This document shows, piece by piece, positions 4,901 to 7,342 of a DNA stretch of 7,342 bases. A program made the translations under genes and the position numbers. The DNA lies in assembly GCA_035390665.1 (NCBI GenBank), contig DAOOUC010000015.1:1-7342 (forward strand). The letters run 5' to 3'. This DNA is from an archaeon. GTDB lineage: Archaea; Iainarchaeota; Iainarchaeia; Iainarchaeales; CSSED10-239. The notes beneath the pieces are model-generated. The model saw only the letters and a list, made by a program, of their open reading frames with translations, ran no database searches and was not told where the DNA came from. Position 1 is the first letter of the stretch. Each line of letters opens with the position of its first letter.

Positions 4901-4936
4901 TCTTTTCCCTTTTGCTTTCTTTTTTCCTTTCTCTTT
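4901..4936 (+). terminator. 36-nt polypyrimidine/oligo-T tract, probable archaeal terminator of the surface-protein cluster
   Basis: TCTTTTCCCTTTTGCTTTCTTTTTTCCTTTCTCTTT is 35/36 pyrimidines, includes T4 and T6 runs, and starts 2 nt after the TAA at 4897-4899. Confidence 0.5.
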
Positions 4937-5193
4937 ATAAACCTTTTGCCTCTATAATTTATTCTATATACATATAATTTTTAATCGATTAGAGTTTTTT
5001 CTAATCTCTTTAGACCTTTATTAAAGTTAATCTTTTGATTGACTTTTCTGTAGACTGTTTGCTGGTACCTTAATCAGTGGAATGGCACTTTGCTGTTTTG
5101 CCACTAACCAACATTTAAATGCAGAAACATTAAATACTGGAGATTTTTCTCAAGTATCTGTTTCTACATTTTTTCTGTTCTACAATTTTAATA

Positions 5194-5201
5194 TTTAAAT
5201 A
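5194..5201 (+). promoter_or_regulatory. Candidate TATA box (TTTAAATA) of the ribosomal-protein operon, centred in a 14-bp perfect palindrome AATATTTAAATATT (5190-5203)
   Basis: It matches the archaeal TATA consensus TTTAWATA and lies 37-44 nt upstream of ATG 5238. The implied transcription start would be about 10-15 nt before the ATG, and no SD precedes rpl3, which is consistent with a very short leader. Confidence 0.4.
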
Positions 5202-5237
5202 TTGATTAAATAAAAATTTGACAAAAAAAGATCATTT

Positions 5238-6224
5238 ATGAGTAATCGAAATAAACCAAGAGCAGGTTCAATGGCATTTTACCCAAGAGTAAGAGCAGAT
5301 AGTATTGTGCCAAAGTTTAATACTTACGGGGATGTCCCAAAAACAATTAAAGGCTGTAAACCTCTTTGCTTTTATGCTATAAAAGCAGGAAGTACCTATG
5401 TTATGGCAAAGAATGCAAAAAAAGGTGCATCAACTTATGGTCAAGAGATTTCAGTACCAGTAACAATTGTTGAAACTCCTGATTTAAAAATCGTAGGTGC
5501 AAGATTCTATAAACACCATTCAGTAAATGCAGGAAAAAAAGCAATCTTTGAGTTTACAAACCAAGATGCTGATTTTAAAAAAAGAGTTACAGGAAACAAA
5601 CAGAAAAAAACTATTTCTTATGAAGATGCATTGAAAAGAAAAGATGAAGCTGATTCTATTGTCTTAATAGCGACAGTTAACTACAAGGCAACAGGAATAG
5701 GCCAAAAGAAACCAGTCATAGTTGAAGTACCATTAACAGGGACTTATGAAGAACAATTAAACTATTTAAAAGAAAAATTAAATAAGACAATTTCAGTTGA
5801 TGAAGTCTTTAAGGTTGATGATTATTTAGATGCTAAAGGAATAACAACAGGTTATGGAACAACAGGTGTTGTTGAGAGATTTAATATAAAAGTTCAAAGA
5901 AGAAAAGCAAATAAATCTCAAAGACATGTTGGTTCAATTAATCCATGGCACCCAGCAACAATTATGTTTAATGTTGCAAGAGCAGGACAATATGGATTCC
6001 ATAATAGAACAGAGTCTAATAAAAGACTATTAATGATTGATTCTGATATTAATAAAGTTAATAGAAAAGGTGGCTTTAAAAACTACGGTTTATTAAAAAA
6101 CAAATATATTTTAGTTGCAGGAACTTTGCCAGGAACAACTAAAAGAGTAATTGTTTTAAGACAAACAATAAGACCACAAAGAACAAAATTAGAAGTTACA
6201 GATATTAATTATATTGCTAAATAA
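5238..6224 (+). CDS. rpl3: 50S ribosomal protein uL3 (archaeal L3)
   Basis: The ORF is 328 aa. KPRAGSMAFYPRVRA, ISVPVTIVETP and GSINPWHPATIMFNVARAGQYGFHNRTESNKRLL correspond to conserved archaeal L3 blocks (compare RPRRGSLAFSPRKRA and PRAGQMGFHQRTE in methanogen L3, from memory). Length and position ahead of L4 fit. Confidence 0.97.
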   Translation: MSNRNKPRAGSMAFYPRVRADSIVPKFNTYGDVPKTIKGCKPLCFYAIKAGSTYVMAKNAKKGASTYGQEISVPVTIVETPDLKIVGARFYKHHSVNAGKKAIFEFTNQDADFKKRVTGNKQKKTISYEDALKRKDEADSIVLIATVNYKATGIGQKKPVIVEVPLTGTYEEQLNYLKEKLNKTISVDEVFKVDDYLDAKGITTGYGTTGVVERFNIKVQRRKANKSQRHVGSINPWHPATIMFNVARAGQYGFHNRTESNKRLLMIDSDINKVNRKGGFKNYGLLKNKYILVAGTLPGTTKRVIVLRQTIRPQRTKLEVTDINYIAK

Positions 6225-6245
6225 TTTAAAAGGTATTGATTATCT

Positions 6246-7058
6246 ATGAAAGCAAACATTTATGATTTAGAAGGAAAAGTAATAAAGGAAGTAGAATTAC
6301 CTGAATATTTTAAAGAAGACTATAGACCTGATCTAATTAAAAGAGCAGTAATCTCTAGCCAGTCTAAAGAATATCAAGCAATGGGTGTTTCTCCTTACTC
6401 AAATAGAGGATACACTGCAGAATATAGAGGTAGAAGAAAAGAAAACAAAGCAAATATTACTATTAATACAGGTAAAGCAAGACTTCCAAGAACAAAAAAC
6501 AAAAGAGTATTAATGGCAGGAAGAGTTATGGGTGTAAGTCAAGCAGTTGGCGGCCCAAAGGCACATCCTCCAGTAGTTGCTAAAAACTTAATTAAAAAGA
6601 TAAATAGTAAAGAAAGAACAAAAGCTATAATTTCAGCAGTAGCCGCAACTGCAAACCAAAGACTTGTTTTAGAAAGAGGCCACATATTACCTGAGAAAAT
6701 TACTTTACCAATTATTTTTGATAATAAATTTGAAGGCTTAACAAAGACTTCTCAAATCTTTAATGTTCTTGAGAAATTCGGATTAGACAAAGATGTAATT
6801 AAAGCAAAAGACAAGAAAACAATAAGAGCAGGAAAAGGAAAAATGAGAGGAAGAAAATACAAGAGAAGAAAAAGTATTCTTTTCGTTTTAGCAGACAGTA
6901 AGAATTACAAGGCTTTCGGTAACCTTGAAGGCGCCGATGTTATAACTGCAAAACAATTGTCAATCAAAGAATTAGCTCCAGGAACACATGCTGGAAGATT
7001 AACAATATATAGTCAAGCAGCAGTTGAAGAATTAAAGAAAAGATTTGGAAATCAATAA
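6246..7058 (+). CDS. rpl4: 50S ribosomal protein uL4 (archaeal L4/L1e type)
   Basis: The ORF is 270 aa. MKANIYDLEGK..., DYRPDLIKRAV, QAVGGPKAHPP, KERTKAIISAVAATAN and IRAGKGKMRGRKYKRRKSILFV are hallmark archaeal L4 blocks. It starts 21 nt after rpl3. Confidence 0.97.
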   Translation: MKANIYDLEGKVIKEVELPEYFKEDYRPDLIKRAVISSQSKEYQAMGVSPYSNRGYTAEYRGRRKENKANITINTGKARLPRTKNKRVLMAGRVMGVSQAVGGPKAHPPVVAKNLIKKINSKERTKAIISAVAATANQRLVLERGHILPEKITLPIIFDNKFEGLTKTSQIFNVLEKFGLDKDVIKAKDKKTIRAGKGKMRGRKYKRRKSILFVLADSKNYKAFGNLEGADVITAKQLSIKELAPGTHAGRLTIYSQAAVEELKKRFGNQ

Positions 7059-7073
7059 AGAATGTGATATTTT

Positions 7074-7342
7074 ATGAAAAAATTAGAATTTTACGAAATA
7101 ATTGAATATCCTGTTATTACAGAAAAAACAGTTAACATGATATCAACAACAAATAGAATTTCTTTTGTTGTAAATAAGCTTGCAACAAAAAGCGAAATAA
7201 AAGCAGCTGTTGAAAAATTATATAATGTTAAAGTAAAAACAGTAAATACATTATTTGATAGAAAAAATAAAAAGAAAGCATTTGTAACTTTACAAAAAGG
7301 ATTTAATGCTCAGGATTTAGCTAATAAACTTGGAATAATATA
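7074..7342 (+). CDS. rpl23: 50S ribosomal protein uL23, essentially complete (runs to the window edge; the last two nt 'ta' may be the start of a stop codon)
   Basis: This gene is not in the ORF track because no stop falls inside the window. ATG 7074 is preceded by GTGAT (7064-7068, SD-like). The translation is [89 protein letters not shown]. The YPxxTEK, ATKxEIKxAVEKLxxVKVxxVNT and KKAxVxL blocks and the L3-L4-L23 order are canonical. Confidence 0.93.
   Translation, partial: MKKLEFYEIIEYPVITEKTVNMISTTNRISFVVNKLATKSEIKAAVEKLYNVKVKTVNTLFDRKNKKKAFVTLQKGFNAQDLANKLGII

Noticed and set aside
4900-5237. tRNA, C/D-box sRNA or CRISPR array in the long spacer
   Set aside because: There is no T-loop-like GTTCRAnnC or cloverleaf. 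There is no RUGAUGA / CUGA box pair on either strand. The direct repeats are only 9-11 nt, imperfect and present in two copies, far from CRISPR repeat length and periodicity.

Overview
AT-rich archaeal DNA. All seven credible genes are on the + strand. The right third (5238-7342) is the start of the archaeal ribosomal-protein operon uL3-uL4-uL23, which is core and ordinary. The left two thirds (1-4899) are an accessory cell-surface cluster with no recognisable enzymes, ATPases or nucleases. It contains: (i) the last 234 codons of a larger secreted protein built from beta-sandwich, glycan-binding-type modules (1-705; the frame is open to the window edge); (ii) a 561-aa, 24-Cys protein whose N-terminus is a textbook archaeal class III (type IV prepilin-like) signal peptide, KKG|QISVEALI (773-2458); (iii) a 691-aa Sec-type secreted protein (2484-4559) with two tandem Ig-like modules, a Pro/Gly linker and a complete 139-aa Hint (intein-like) autoprocessing domain. 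That domain has Cys1, TxxH and terminal His-Asn but Asp at +1, and is followed by a 33-aa two-Cys tail; (iv) a 97-aa N-terminally anchored two-Cys protein (4606-4899). A 338-bp spacer rich in repeats and hairpins, far longer than the other spacers (15-67 bp), separates this cluster from rpl3. The best candidate for something new is the probable three-gene operon 773-4899: a giant pilin-like Cys-rich protein, a surface protein carrying a domesticated Hint domain (BIL or pre-toxin-HINT style rather than a mobile intein), and a small membrane protein. The Hint protein has no anchor of its own, which suggests extracellular self-cleavage, thioester-mediated attachment or peptide release. Low G+C, compact spacing and archaeal r-proteins suggest a small-genome (DPANN-like) archaeon, but this is inference only. 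No homology search, HMM scan or fold prediction could be run, so all domain calls rest on motif recognition by eye.
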